NCBI GenBank assembly: GCA_965203055.1
Contig: OZ241863.1
Span: 1,728,001-1,792,000 of the forward strand
Length of the DNA: 64,000 bases
Direction of reading: 5' to 3'
Source: Spirochaetia bacterium
GTDB lineage: Bacteria > Spirochaetota > Spirochaetia > SZUA-6 > Bin103
In this document: positions 8,864 to 17,904 of the stretch, piece after piece
Numbering within the stretch: position 1 is the first letter of the stretch
Layout: the number at the start of each line of letters is the position of its first letter
Notes under the pieces: model-generated
What the model saw: the letters and a program-made list of their open reading frames with translations, nothing else
What the model was told of the DNA's origin: nothing
Database searches by the model: none
Translations under genes and position numbers: made by a program

Positions 8864-10666
8864 TCAGTCGCGCCGATACCAGGCGGCCTGGGCGGTGAAC
8901 ATCCGGTGGTACCGCCCGCGGCGGGCGAGCAGATCCGCGTGGGTGCCGTCTTCGACGATCCGGCCGCCGTCCAGCACCAGGATGCGGTCGGCCAGGCGCG
9001 CCGACGCCAGCCGGTGGGTGACGATGATGGCCGTGCGGCCGGCCGCGATCTTCATGAACCGCTCGTATACCGCCTGCTCCTCCAACGGGTCGATCGACGC
9101 GGTCGGTTCGTCGAGCAGGATCGTGCCGCGGCGCCGGAACAGCCCGCGCGCGATGGCCAGCCGCTGCCACTGTCCGAGGGAGAGATCGCGGTTGCCGAAC
9201 TCCCGCGACAGCATCACGTCCAGGCCGTCGGGTCCGTGCCACAACTCCTCCGGTACGCCCCCGTCGCGCAGCGCCCGGAGCACCTGCGACTCATCTCCCG
9301 CGGCCGCCTCGTCCGCCAGGACCACGTTGTCGCGCAGGGTCATCTGATAGCGCTGGAAGTTCTGGAACACCGCCGAAGTGTCGGCGCGCACCTCCTCCTT
9401 GGCCGCCCGCCGGGTATCGACGCCGGCTCTGATCACCTGCCCTTCGCTCGGCGCGTACAGACCCAGCAGCAGCTTGGCCAGCGTGGTCTTGCCGGCGCCG
9501 TTGACCCCCACCAATGCGAGCGTGATCCCGTGGTCGAGCGCCAGGGTCACCCCGCGCAGCGCCGGCCGCGCGCCGCCCGGATAGGTGAACGCCGCCCCGC
9601 GCGCGGCCAGGCTTCCCGGCCCCGGCCGCGCGCCGCCGGCGCCCTGCCTTCCCTGCCGCTCCTGCCGCTCCTGCCGCCGGCCCTCGTCGAGGCGCAGGAA
9701 CTCGATGAGGTGGGACGCCGTGGCGCTGGCGCCGGAGGAAGCGCCCAACATGTTCATCACCGCCTCGGTCGTCAGCAGCAACCGGCTCACCGCGTAGATC
9801 ACCACCGCGAACCCGCCGACTCCGATGCTGCCGTCGGCCAGCAGCCAGGCCGCCAGCAGGAACGATCCCCCGTAACCGAGCAGTACCACCACGTTCAACC
9901 CCAGATCGATCCCGCCTACCCGCAGGTCTTCGCGCCAGCGTTCCGCGCTGAAGCGGGCGAGCGCGGCGCGGTAGCGCTGCAGCAGGCGCGCGCCGGCGCC
10001 CAGGACCCGGGTCTCCTTGAAGTACTCGCGGTCCACCAGGCAGCGCTCCAGGTACTCGAACTCCCGCAGGAGTGGAACGGTCTTGCGTTCGAGCCGGTAG
10101 TAGCGGCTGGCGCGGACGAGATGGCTCACGATCCGGGGCGCAAACACCAGCGGAACCACCAGCGCCAGCAGCGGCGACAGCGAATAGAGGTAGCCCGCCG
10201 CCGCCACGGAGAAGATCAACTGGTAGACCGGAAACAGGAAGAACAGCAGCATGGTGATTGCGGCGTCCACTCCCTGTTGCGCCAGTTCCAGCCGCTCGTG
10301 CGCGGCGAGGGTCTCGAACTCGATCACCTCCAACCGCGCGGCCTTTTCGTTCAACGCCGCGGTCAACGCGCCGGCCCCCTTGCCGCCGAAGTACACGGAG
10401 ATAGGATCGGACAGCATCTCCAACAGTTCCCGCAGCAGAATCGCGGCGCCGGCGACGAGAATGGGGCCGGTCAGTTGCGCCGCCCGGGCCACGTCGGGGA
10501 GCTGTGACATGACCCGCTCCAGCAGGTGGAACACCAGCACAGCGCAGCCCGTGAGCGTCAGGCTGACGACGATCTCGACGCACAGATGGAACGGCGCCCG
10601 GCGGCTCAAGATGCCGATCACCGCGGCGAGCACGCGCGCGTAGGAGGGCTTGCTACCCGGCTTCAT
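8864..10666 (-). CDS. ABC exporter, fused permease/ATPase (second half of probable heterodimer)
   Basis: TM domain followed by GVNGAGKT, LSLGQWQR, LLDEPT and ITHRL-like H-loop. Start overlaps the upstream ABC gene; exact ATG uncertain. Confidence 0.88.
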   Translation of the reverse strand: MKPGSKPSYARVLAAVIGILSRRAPFHLCVEIVVSLTLTGCAVLVFHLLERVMSQLPDVARAAQLTGPILVAGAAILLRELLEMLSDPISVYFGGKGAGALTAALNEKAARLEVIEFETLAAHERLELAQQGVDAAITMLLFFLFPVYQLIFSVAAAGYLYSLSPLLALVVPLVFAPRIVSHLVRASRYYRLERKTVPLLREFEYLERCLVDREYFKETRVLGAGARLLQRYRAALARFSAERWREDLRVGGIDLGLNVVVLLGYGGSFLLAAWLLADGSIGVGGFAVVIYAVSRLLLTTEAVMNMLGASSGASATASHLIEFLRLDEGRRQERQERQGRQGAGGARPGPGSLAARGAAFTYPGGARPALRGVTLALDHGITLALVGVNGAGKTTLAKLLLGLYAPSEGQVIRAGVDTRRAAKEEVRADTSAVFQNFQRYQMTLRDNVVLADEAAAGDESQVLRALRDGGVPEELWHGPDGLDVMLSREFGNRDLSLGQWQRLAIARGLFRRRGTILLDEPTASIDPLEEQAVYERFMKIAAGRTAIIVTHRLASARLADRILVLDGGRIVEDGTHADLLARRGRYHRMFTAQAAWYRRD

Positions 10667-12491
10667 CCGCGTCATCCGCCTCATACCAATGCCGTTGGGT
10701 GGTGAACATCTGCGCGTAGCTGCCATCCCGCCGCATCAGGTCGTCGTGGGTACCCGACTCGCTGATCACGCCGCCGTCGACCACCAGGATGCGATCCGCG
10801 ATCTTGGTGGACCCTAGCCGATGACTGATGAACAGCGTCGTCAGCCCCGCGGCCGCGCGCGCGTACGACTGGTACACCTCGCTCTCGGCAAGCGGGTCCA
10901 GCGCCGCGGTAGGCTCGTCGAGGATGCGGACCGGCGCCGCGCCGGCCAGCGAACGCGCCAGCGCCAGCCGCTGCCATTGGCCGCCGGAGATGTCCACTCC
11001 GCCCGGCAACACCTTCCCCAACGGCGTATCGGCGCCGCGCGGCAACTCCTGGACCAGGTCACCCAGGCCCGCCTCCTCCAGACTCGCCGCGACCGCGGCA
11101 GCGCCGCCGCGGTCCGGGCCGTCGAGCGTCACGTTGTCGCGCACCGTAAGCGAGTAGCGGGCGAAGTCCTGGAACACCACGCCGAACAGGCCGTTGAGCG
11201 CATCCTGCGGCCAGTCGGCGATGGGAGCGCCGTTGATCAGGATGTCGCCGGCGGTGGGGCGGTACAATCCGAGCATCAGCTTGGTGATGGTCGACTTGCC
11301 CGAGCCGTTGGCGCCGACCAGCGCGTAGTGGCGGCCTGCCTCCAGTACGAAGCTCACGCCCTGCAATACCGGCTCCTCGGTACCGGGATAGGTGAAGCGC
11401 ACGCCGGTGAACTCAAGCGCCGCGAACTTGGCTTGCGGCGCGCGCCGAGTGAGCGACTGTCTGGTCTCCGCCAGCGCGGCGAACGAGGTCAGGTCGCGGA
11501 AATACTCGCGGTGCCGGCCGAGACGCGAGGTGATCTGCACCAGATCCAGCGTCACCAGGCGCTCCGCCTGCAGCAACGCGGTGACGGCGGCAACGTAGAA
11601 CGCGACGTCGATCGCGCCGGTCTGCAGCGGGCGCAGGAACGCGAGCATGGCGATGACGATGCCGGCGATCACCACGCCGCCGGCACCCTTGAACTGCGCC
11701 CAGATACGCAGGTTCAGAAGCGACTCCAGCTTGATCACCGACTCGAAGATGGTGCGCCACTTCCCCATGACGTAGCCGGAGTAGCCGAACAGCGCGCGTT
11801 CGGCGGCCGCGTCGCGCCCCTGCAGCACTTCCTCCGACAGGTAGCTGGCGCGCCGGCGTTGGCGCGTCACCCGGCGCTCGAACGCGTACAGCCCGCGCCC
11901 GCTCCTGATGCCGAGCAGCACGAAGGGAACCGTGGCCGCCAGCACTACGGGGACGACCCACAAGTGCAACCGCGCCAGCACCACGGCGATGCCGACGACC
12001 CGCACGGCGACGGCTGCCAGGCCGATCAGATCGTCGAACGCCTGCTTGACCGGTCCCTGCTCCGGCGCCGGCTGCGACTCCATCTGCGGGCCGGCGGCGA
12101 CGCGGCGCAGCAGGTCGGCCGTCTCCGGGTTCTCGACGTGCCCATATTCCAGCCGCGCCCGCTTCTCGGTCAGCGCGGCGCGGAAGCCGCAGCGCAATCC
12201 CAGCTCGATCCGGCGGTCGGTCAGACCGCGCGCCGCGGTCTCCAACGTCTCGACCGTGAACACCGCGAGCAGCGCGAGCACCGGCGCGGCAATAGCCTCC
12301 CAGGGAAGCCGCCCGCCCGCCAGGTCGAGCGCGGTTCCGATGAACCACTCGGTGGCAAGAACCAGCAAGGGACCGGTGGCAGCGCCCGCCGCGACCGCCG
12401 CCAGCGCCCGAATCGCCGCGGCGATCGGCGCATCGCCAAATATGATCCGAACCCCGCTCAGCAGCGTGTAACGACGCACCGCAAGCGTCAC
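10653..12491 (-). CDS. ABC exporter, fused permease/ATPase
   Basis: GANGSGKS, ISGGQWQR, ILDEPTAALD, ISHRL. Confidence 0.9.
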   Translation of the reverse strand: MTLAVRRYTLLSGVRIIFGDAPIAAAIRALAAVAAGAATGPLLVLATEWFIGTALDLAGGRLPWEAIAAPVLALLAVFTVETLETAARGLTDRRIELGLRCGFRAALTEKRARLEYGHVENPETADLLRRVAAGPQMESQPAPEQGPVKQAFDDLIGLAAVAVRVVGIAVVLARLHLWVVPVVLAATVPFVLLGIRSGRGLYAFERRVTRQRRRASYLSEEVLQGRDAAAERALFGYSGYVMGKWRTIFESVIKLESLLNLRIWAQFKGAGGVVIAGIVIAMLAFLRPLQTGAIDVAFYVAAVTALLQAERLVTLDLVQITSRLGRHREYFRDLTSFAALAETRQSLTRRAPQAKFAALEFTGVRFTYPGTEEPVLQGVSFVLEAGRHYALVGANGSGKSTITKLMLGLYRPTAGDILINGAPIADWPQDALNGLFGVVFQDFARYSLTVRDNVTLDGPDRGGAAAVAASLEEAGLGDLVQELPRGADTPLGKVLPGGVDISGGQWQRLALARSLAGAAPVRILDEPTAALDPLAESEVYQSYARAAAGLTTLFISHRLGSTKIADRILVVDGGVISESGTHDDLMRRDGSYAQMFTTQRHWYEADDADEAG

Positions 12492-12586
12492 GGCGGGAGT
12501 CTCTCAATAACCTGCCGGGTCCTGCAAGCTGCGGTTGCATGGGCGCCGGCTTGGCGGCACCATGAGGTCGGAGGCGGGCGCGGACC

Positions 12587-13351
12587 GTGGCGGACAGGCT
12601 TTTGGGCAAGGTGGCGCTGATCACCGGCGCCGGTTCCGGCATCGGCGCGGCTACGGCCGCCCTGTTCGCGCAGGAAGGCGCCGCGGTGGCGCTGGCCGAC
12701 CTGCGGCCGGAGCGGGTACGGGAGCGCGCCGCGCAGCTTGCCGGCGGGGCGCTGGCGCTGGCCGGCGACGTGGCCCGGCGCGCGGACGCCGAGCGAATGG
12801 TCAACGCGGCGGTCGAGCGCTTTGGCGGTATCGACATCCTGGTCAACTGCGCCGGGGTGACGCCGCGCGACGCGCCGACGGAATGGGACTTCGAGCAGAC
12901 CTGGGACTGGGTGTTGAACGTCAACCTCAAGGGAACCTACCTGATGTCGCGCTACGCCGCCGCCGAAATGCAGCGCCGCGGCGGCGGCGCGGTGGTCAAT
13001 CTGTCGTCGATCTACGGGCTGGTGGGGCGGCCGTCGTTCTTCGGCACCGGCCACGACCCCTACCCGCCCAGCAAGGGCGCGATCGTGGCGCTGACCAAAG
13101 ACATGGCCAACTCCCTCGGCGCCCGCGGCATCCGCGTCAACGCGCTGTGTCCCGCGTTCATCTACACCGAACTGACGCGCACCCTCACCGAGGACCCGGA
13201 ATGGCTGCGCCAAATGCTGGCCATGGAGCCGCTCGGCCGCCTGGGCCGGCCGGAGGAGGTCGCCAAGGCCGCCCTGTTCCTGGCCTCCGACGACGCCTCC
13301 TTCATCACCGGCGTATGCCTCCCGGTAGACGGCGGCTACACTTCCCAGTGA
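12587..13351 (+). CDS. Short-chain dehydrogenase/reductase (SDR)
   Basis: TGAGSGIG Rossmann motif, VNCAG, catalytic YPPSK (YxxxK), C-terminal VDGG; GGAGG SD upstream. Confidence 0.93.
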   Translation: MADRLLGKVALITGAGSGIGAATAALFAQEGAAVALADLRPERVRERAAQLAGGALALAGDVARRADAERMVNAAVERFGGIDILVNCAGVTPRDAPTEWDFEQTWDWVLNVNLKGTYLMSRYAAAEMQRRGGGAVVNLSSIYGLVGRPSFFGTGHDPYPPSKGAIVALTKDMANSLGARGIRVNALCPAFIYTELTRTLTEDPEWLRQMLAMEPLGRLGRPEEVAKAALFLASDDASFITGVCLPVDGGYTSQ

Positions 13352-13400
13352 CCGGCGGGCTGCTTATCGCACCGGCAGGGGAAAGCGGCGATGAGCCTTG

Positions 13401-13811
13401 TCATGGCGCGGGCTCCGTGCGGGGTGCGGCGACCGCGGCCGGGTTGCCGTTCGCGGGCGGGCGCCAGGGGCCGGTCAACGCGCCCTCGATGCGCGCCACG
13501 CGCTCCGCTACCGAGTCCACGCGAACGGTCAAGGCATCCACGCGAACGGTCAGGGCGTCCACGCGGGCCGTCAGGTCGCGGCGCAGGTCTGTCAGATCGG
13601 CGCGCAGGTCGGTTACGGCGGCGGTCAGGTCGGCGCGGGCGCCGGCGCGCGCCTCCGCCAGGGCGGCCGCGTTGGCGTCCACGCGGTTGCTCAGCAGGGT
13701 GATTTCGCGGCGCAGACTCTTACCCTGCAGCAGCACCACCGGAACCAGCACGGCCAGCATGGCAGCCACGGCGCCGGCGGCGGCGAGCAGCACGGTCAAG
13801 GTCTCGGCCAT
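13401..13811 (-). CDS. Small membrane-anchored coiled-coil protein
   Basis: GGAGG SD; N-terminal hydrophobic helix, heptad repeats (VDALTVR), ends ERVARIEG. Confidence 0.7.
   Translation of the reverse strand: MAETLTVLLAAAGAVAAMLAVLVPVVLLQGKSLRREITLLSNRVDANAAALAEARAGARADLTAAVTDLRADLTDLRRDLTARVDALTVRVDALTVRVDSVAERVARIEGALTGPWRPPANGNPAAVAAPRTEPAP
13516..13578. repeat. Three 21-bp tandem repeats encoding heptads
   Basis: TCCACGCGAACGGTCAAGGCA / TCCACGCGAACGGTCAGGGCG / TCCACGCGGGCCGTCAGGTCG. Confidence 0.8.
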
Positions 13812-13998
13812 GGCGTTACCTCCCAGGGGCGAGTCCGACGTCGCCGGCCCGAATTGTCGGTGTCTACAGATTGGTCCTGGTCAGCCATCCTTGTGCCTTG
13901 AAACAGAGTATCGAACCGATAGATGAGCGGCAAGAATCCGCATACTCACTCACGCATACGGTGGTGCGGACTGAAACCATCTGCTACCTTGATGCCCC

Positions 13999-15936
13999 AT
14001 GACACACGCGCAGCGCCGGCAAGGAATGGGGGTCGGGATTCTCTTGCTGCTCACCCCGTGGGCGCCGGCGCTGGGGCAACGTGCGGAGCCGCCGCCCGAC
14101 GATGCAGGAGTGGTATGGCGGTTGGTGCGCGGCGGCGGTGGCTTTACCTCTCCCGGCGGAACGACGGGAATGGGCCTGGAGAGCGTTGCGTCGAACGGCG
14201 AGCTCTTCGTCGCGGTCGGAGAACGAGGCACGATCGTGCGCAGCAGCGATGGAAACAACTGGTCCGAGGCACGTTTCAGGCCCGCGGCGGCGGATTTCAC
14301 CGAGGTCGTTTGGGGAGGCGGGCGTTTCGTTGCAATCGGTGGCTCTACGATCGTGAGCAGCGCCGACGGCGATAGCTGGGAGCGTTCACGTACCCCCAAT
14401 ACGGACCGCTGGAACGGCGTTGCCTGGGGCCACGATCGCTTCGTCGCAGTAGGTACCGGCGCCATCGCGCACAGCCGCGACGGCCGGCGTTGGCAGCGGG
14501 TGCCACAACGGGCTACGCCCGCCAGCCTGTTCGGCATTACCTGGGGAGGCGGACGCTTCGTAGCCGTCGGGAACGATGGCGTGATCGTGTACAGCGCTGA
14601 CGGCGAACACTGGCAGACGTCAAGAGACACCGGGACCTCCACCGCGCTCCTCGACGTCGTCTGGAATGGCGAGCGCTACGTGGCGGTTGGCGAGGGCATC
14701 ATCCTGCGCAGCAGCAACGGCAAGCGCTGGGACGTGAGCCGCAGCGGCATCCCTCCCCAGGAGCGGCTGAACGACGTGGTTTGGGCGGGCGGACGCTTCG
14801 TGGCGGTCGGCAACAGGATCCTGCATAGCAGCGACGGCGACCTGTGGGAAACGGCGACGGTACAGGTCGACGGGAAGACATTTGAAGCGGCCCCGTTGGT
14901 ATGGTTGGCAGGCGGCGGTTGGATTTCCCGCGGCTGGGACCACTATCTTCACGGCATCGCCTGGAACGGCGCCGGCTTCGTAGCCGTCGGCATGAACGGC
15001 GCGATCCTGATCAGCAGCGACGGTCTCCAGTGGGAGCAGGCAAGCGATTCCGGCGCTCTCCTCCCTGAACTCGTCGGCGTCGCCTGGGGCAGCGAGCGGT
15101 TCGTAGCACTCGCGGACTGGTCGGATTCGATCCTGCACAGCGCGGATGGGCAGCGTTGGCAGAACGTGAACGTCGGCCCTGAATTGTACGGCCTTAACGA
15201 CGTCGTTTGGGCTGGCGACCGCTTCGTAGCCGTCGGCATCAAGATCGCCTCCAGCGCGGATGGTGTCCGCTGGCAAGAAGTTTCCGCTTCCTTGGATGAA
15301 CAACTCAGCGCCGTTGCCTGGAACGGCCAGGACCTGGTCGCCGTTGGCTACGAGGGAACGATCATGAGCAGCGGCGACGGCGAACGTTGGACGTCGGTCG
15401 CCGACAGCGCGACCACAGAGCATTTGAGCGACGTGGTCTGGGGTGGCAAACGCTTTGTAGCCGTCGGATTCAATGGCGTGATCGTTCACAGTGACGACGG
15501 CGAGCGATGGCGGCCGGCGAGCGGGCCGGCGAGCCGGCCCGCGGTGTCGGTTCGGGCGGCGCCGCGCAACCGGGCGACCCTCAACGGGCATTATTCCGGC
15601 GTTGCCTGGAACGGTAAGCGCTTCGTCGCCGTGGGATGGGGCGGGTACGGCGACCACCGCGTCGGCACGGTCGTGCACAGCAAGGACGGCGACCGCTGGG
15701 AGCTGGCGAACGACCACGAATTTCTGGCGGAGGAGCACTTCGGAGCCGTCGCCTGGAACGGCAGACGCTTGGCGGCGGTGAGCTACTTTGACGGCACCAT
15801 CATGTATAGCGCCGACGGCGACCGCTGGGATCCGGCCTCCAAGATCGCCACCTTCGATAAGCTGAACGACATTGCCTGGGGTAACAGGCGCTTCGTGGCG
15901 GTCGGGCGGAACGGGACCATCGTCGTCAGCCCATGA
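13999..15936 (+). CDS. Secreted beta-propeller repeat protein (BNR/WD40-like), copy 1
   Basis: Signal-like N-terminus, then about 14 repeats of L-x-x-V-x-W-x-G-x-RFVAVG...I-x-x-S-x-DG-x-x-W. Confidence 0.88.
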   Translation: MTHAQRRQGMGVGILLLLTPWAPALGQRAEPPPDDAGVVWRLVRGGGGFTSPGGTTGMGLESVASNGELFVAVGERGTIVRSSDGNNWSEARFRPAAADFTEVVWGGGRFVAIGGSTIVSSADGDSWERSRTPNTDRWNGVAWGHDRFVAVGTGAIAHSRDGRRWQRVPQRATPASLFGITWGGGRFVAVGNDGVIVYSADGEHWQTSRDTGTSTALLDVVWNGERYVAVGEGIILRSSNGKRWDVSRSGIPPQERLNDVVWAGGRFVAVGNRILHSSDGDLWETATVQVDGKTFEAAPLVWLAGGGWISRGWDHYLHGIAWNGAGFVAVGMNGAILISSDGLQWEQASDSGALLPELVGVAWGSERFVALADWSDSILHSADGQRWQNVNVGPELYGLNDVVWAGDRFVAVGIKIASSADGVRWQEVSASLDEQLSAVAWNGQDLVAVGYEGTIMSSGDGERWTSVADSATTEHLSDVVWGGKRFVAVGFNGVIVHSDDGERWRPASGPASRPAVSVRAAPRNRATLNGHYSGVAWNGKRFVAVGWGGYGDHRVGTVVHSKDGDRWELANDHEFLAEEHFGAVAWNGRRLAAVSYFDGTIMYSADGDRWDPASKIATFDKLNDIAWGNRRFVAVGRNGTIVVSP

Positions 15937-15971
15937 CTGCCGGCTCGATTCCTGTGCTACCATGAAGCCCC

Positions 15972-17904
15972 ATGACACACGCGCAGCGCCGGCAAGGAAT
16001 AGGGATCGGGATTCTCTTGCTGCTCACCCCGTGGGCCGCTGGCGCAGCGTGCGGAGCTGCCGCCCGACGATGCGGGAGTGGTATGGCGGTTGGTGCGCGG
16101 CGGCGGCGGCTTTTCCTCTCCCGGCGGAACGACGGGAATGGGCCTGGAGAGCGTTGCGTCGAACGGCGAGCTCTTCGTCGCGGTCGGAGAACGAGGCACG
16201 ATCGTGCGCAGCAGCGATGGAAACAACTGGTCCGAGGCACGTTTCAATCCCGCCGACACCGATTTCACCGAGGTCGTGTGGGGAGGAAGGCGTTTCGTTG
16301 CAGTCGGTGGCTCTACGATCGTAAGCAGCACCGACGGCGATAGTTGGGAGCATTCACGTACTCCCAATTGGCCTTTGAACTTGCAGGGCGTTGCCTGGGG
16401 CAACGATCGCTTCGTCGCGGTGGGTATCGACGGCGCCATCGCGCTGAGCCGCGACGGCCGGCGCTGGCAGCGGGTACCACAACGGGCTACGCCCGCCAAC
16501 CTGTTCGGCATTACCTGGGGAGGCGGCCGCTTCGTAGCGGTCGGGAGCGATGGCGTTATCGTGTACAGCGCCGACGGCGAACACTGGCAGAGGTCACGAG
16601 ACACCGGCACCTCGACCCCGCTCCTCGACGTCGCCTGGAATGGCGAGCGCTACGTGGCGGTTGGCGAAGGCATCATCCTGTACAGCAGCAATGGCAAGCG
16701 CTGGGACGCGGGCCGCAGCGATCTCTCTCCCCCGGAGCGGCTGAACGACGTGGTTTGGGCGGGAGGACGCTTCGTGGCGGCCGGCAACAGGATCCTGCAT
16801 AGCAGCGACGGCGACCTGTGGGAACCGGCGACGGTACAGGTCGACGGGAAGACATTTGAAGCGGCCCAGTTGGTATGGTCGGGCGGGCGGCTGGTGATTT
16901 CCGATGACTGGGACTACTACCTTCACGGCATCGCCTGGAATGGCGCCGGCTTCGTAGCCGTCGGCCGGGGCGGCGCGATCCTGATCAGCAGCGACGGTCT
17001 CCAGTGGGAGCAGGCAAGCGATTCCGGCGCTCTCCTCCCTGAACTCGACGGCGTCGCCTGGGGCGGCGAGCGGTTCGTAGCATTCGCGGACTGGTCGGAT
17101 TCGATCCTGCACAGCGCGGATGGGCAGCGTTGGCAGACCGTGAACGTCGGCCGTGAATTGTACGACATTAACGACGTCGTCTGGGCCGGCGACCGCTTCG
17201 TAGCCGTTGGGCGCACGATTGCCTCCAGCGCGGATGGTGTCCGCTGGCAGGAAGTTTCCGCTTCCTTGGATGAACAACTCAACGCCGTTGCCTGGAACGG
17301 CCAGCACCTGGTCGCCGTTGGCTACGAGGGAATGATCATGCGCAGCGGCGAAGGAGAACGTTGGACGACGGTCGCCGACAGCGCCACCATTGAGGACTTG
17401 ACCGACGTAGTCTGGGGTGGCAAGCGCTATGTCGCCGTCGGATTGAATGGCGTGATCGTGCACAGCGACGACGGAGATCGATGGCGGCCGGCCAGCCGGC
17501 CCGCGGTGCCGGTTCGGGCTGCGCAACCGGACGATCCTCATCGGACCGTCTTCTATGGCTTCAGCGGCGTTGCGTGGAACGGTAAGCGCTTCGTCGCCGT
17601 CGGATGGGGCGGGTACGGTAACGACCGCGTCGGCACGGTCGTGCACAGCAGGGACGGCGACCGCTGGGAGCTGGCGAATGACCACGACTTTCTGGCGGAT
17701 GAGAGTTTCGGAGCCGTCGCCTGGAACGGCACGCGCTTCGCGGCGGTGAGCTACTATGACGGCACTATCATGCACAGCGCCGACGGCGACCGTTGGGATC
17801 CGGCCTCCGACATCGCCACCTTCGACAAGCTGAACGACATTGCCTCGGGTAACGGGCGCTTCGTGGCGGTCGGGTGGAACGGGACCATCGTCGTCAGCCC
17901 ATGA
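15972..17904 (+). pseudogene. Beta-propeller repeat protein, copy 2, with frameshift in signal peptide (intact frame 16078-17904)
   Basis: Net 5-nt deletion near 16036 relative to copy 1 shifts the frame after LLLLTPWA. The downstream 608 codons are open. Confidence 0.7.

Noticed and set aside
9640..9680. 9-bp microrepeat encoding RQERQERQGRQG in the ABC linker
   Set aside because: Short in-frame slippage in a flexible linker; no evidence of function.
13999..17904. Diversity-generating retroelement template/variable repeat pair
   Set aside because: Differences are not adenine-specific, they span the whole gene, and no reverse transcriptase is present.
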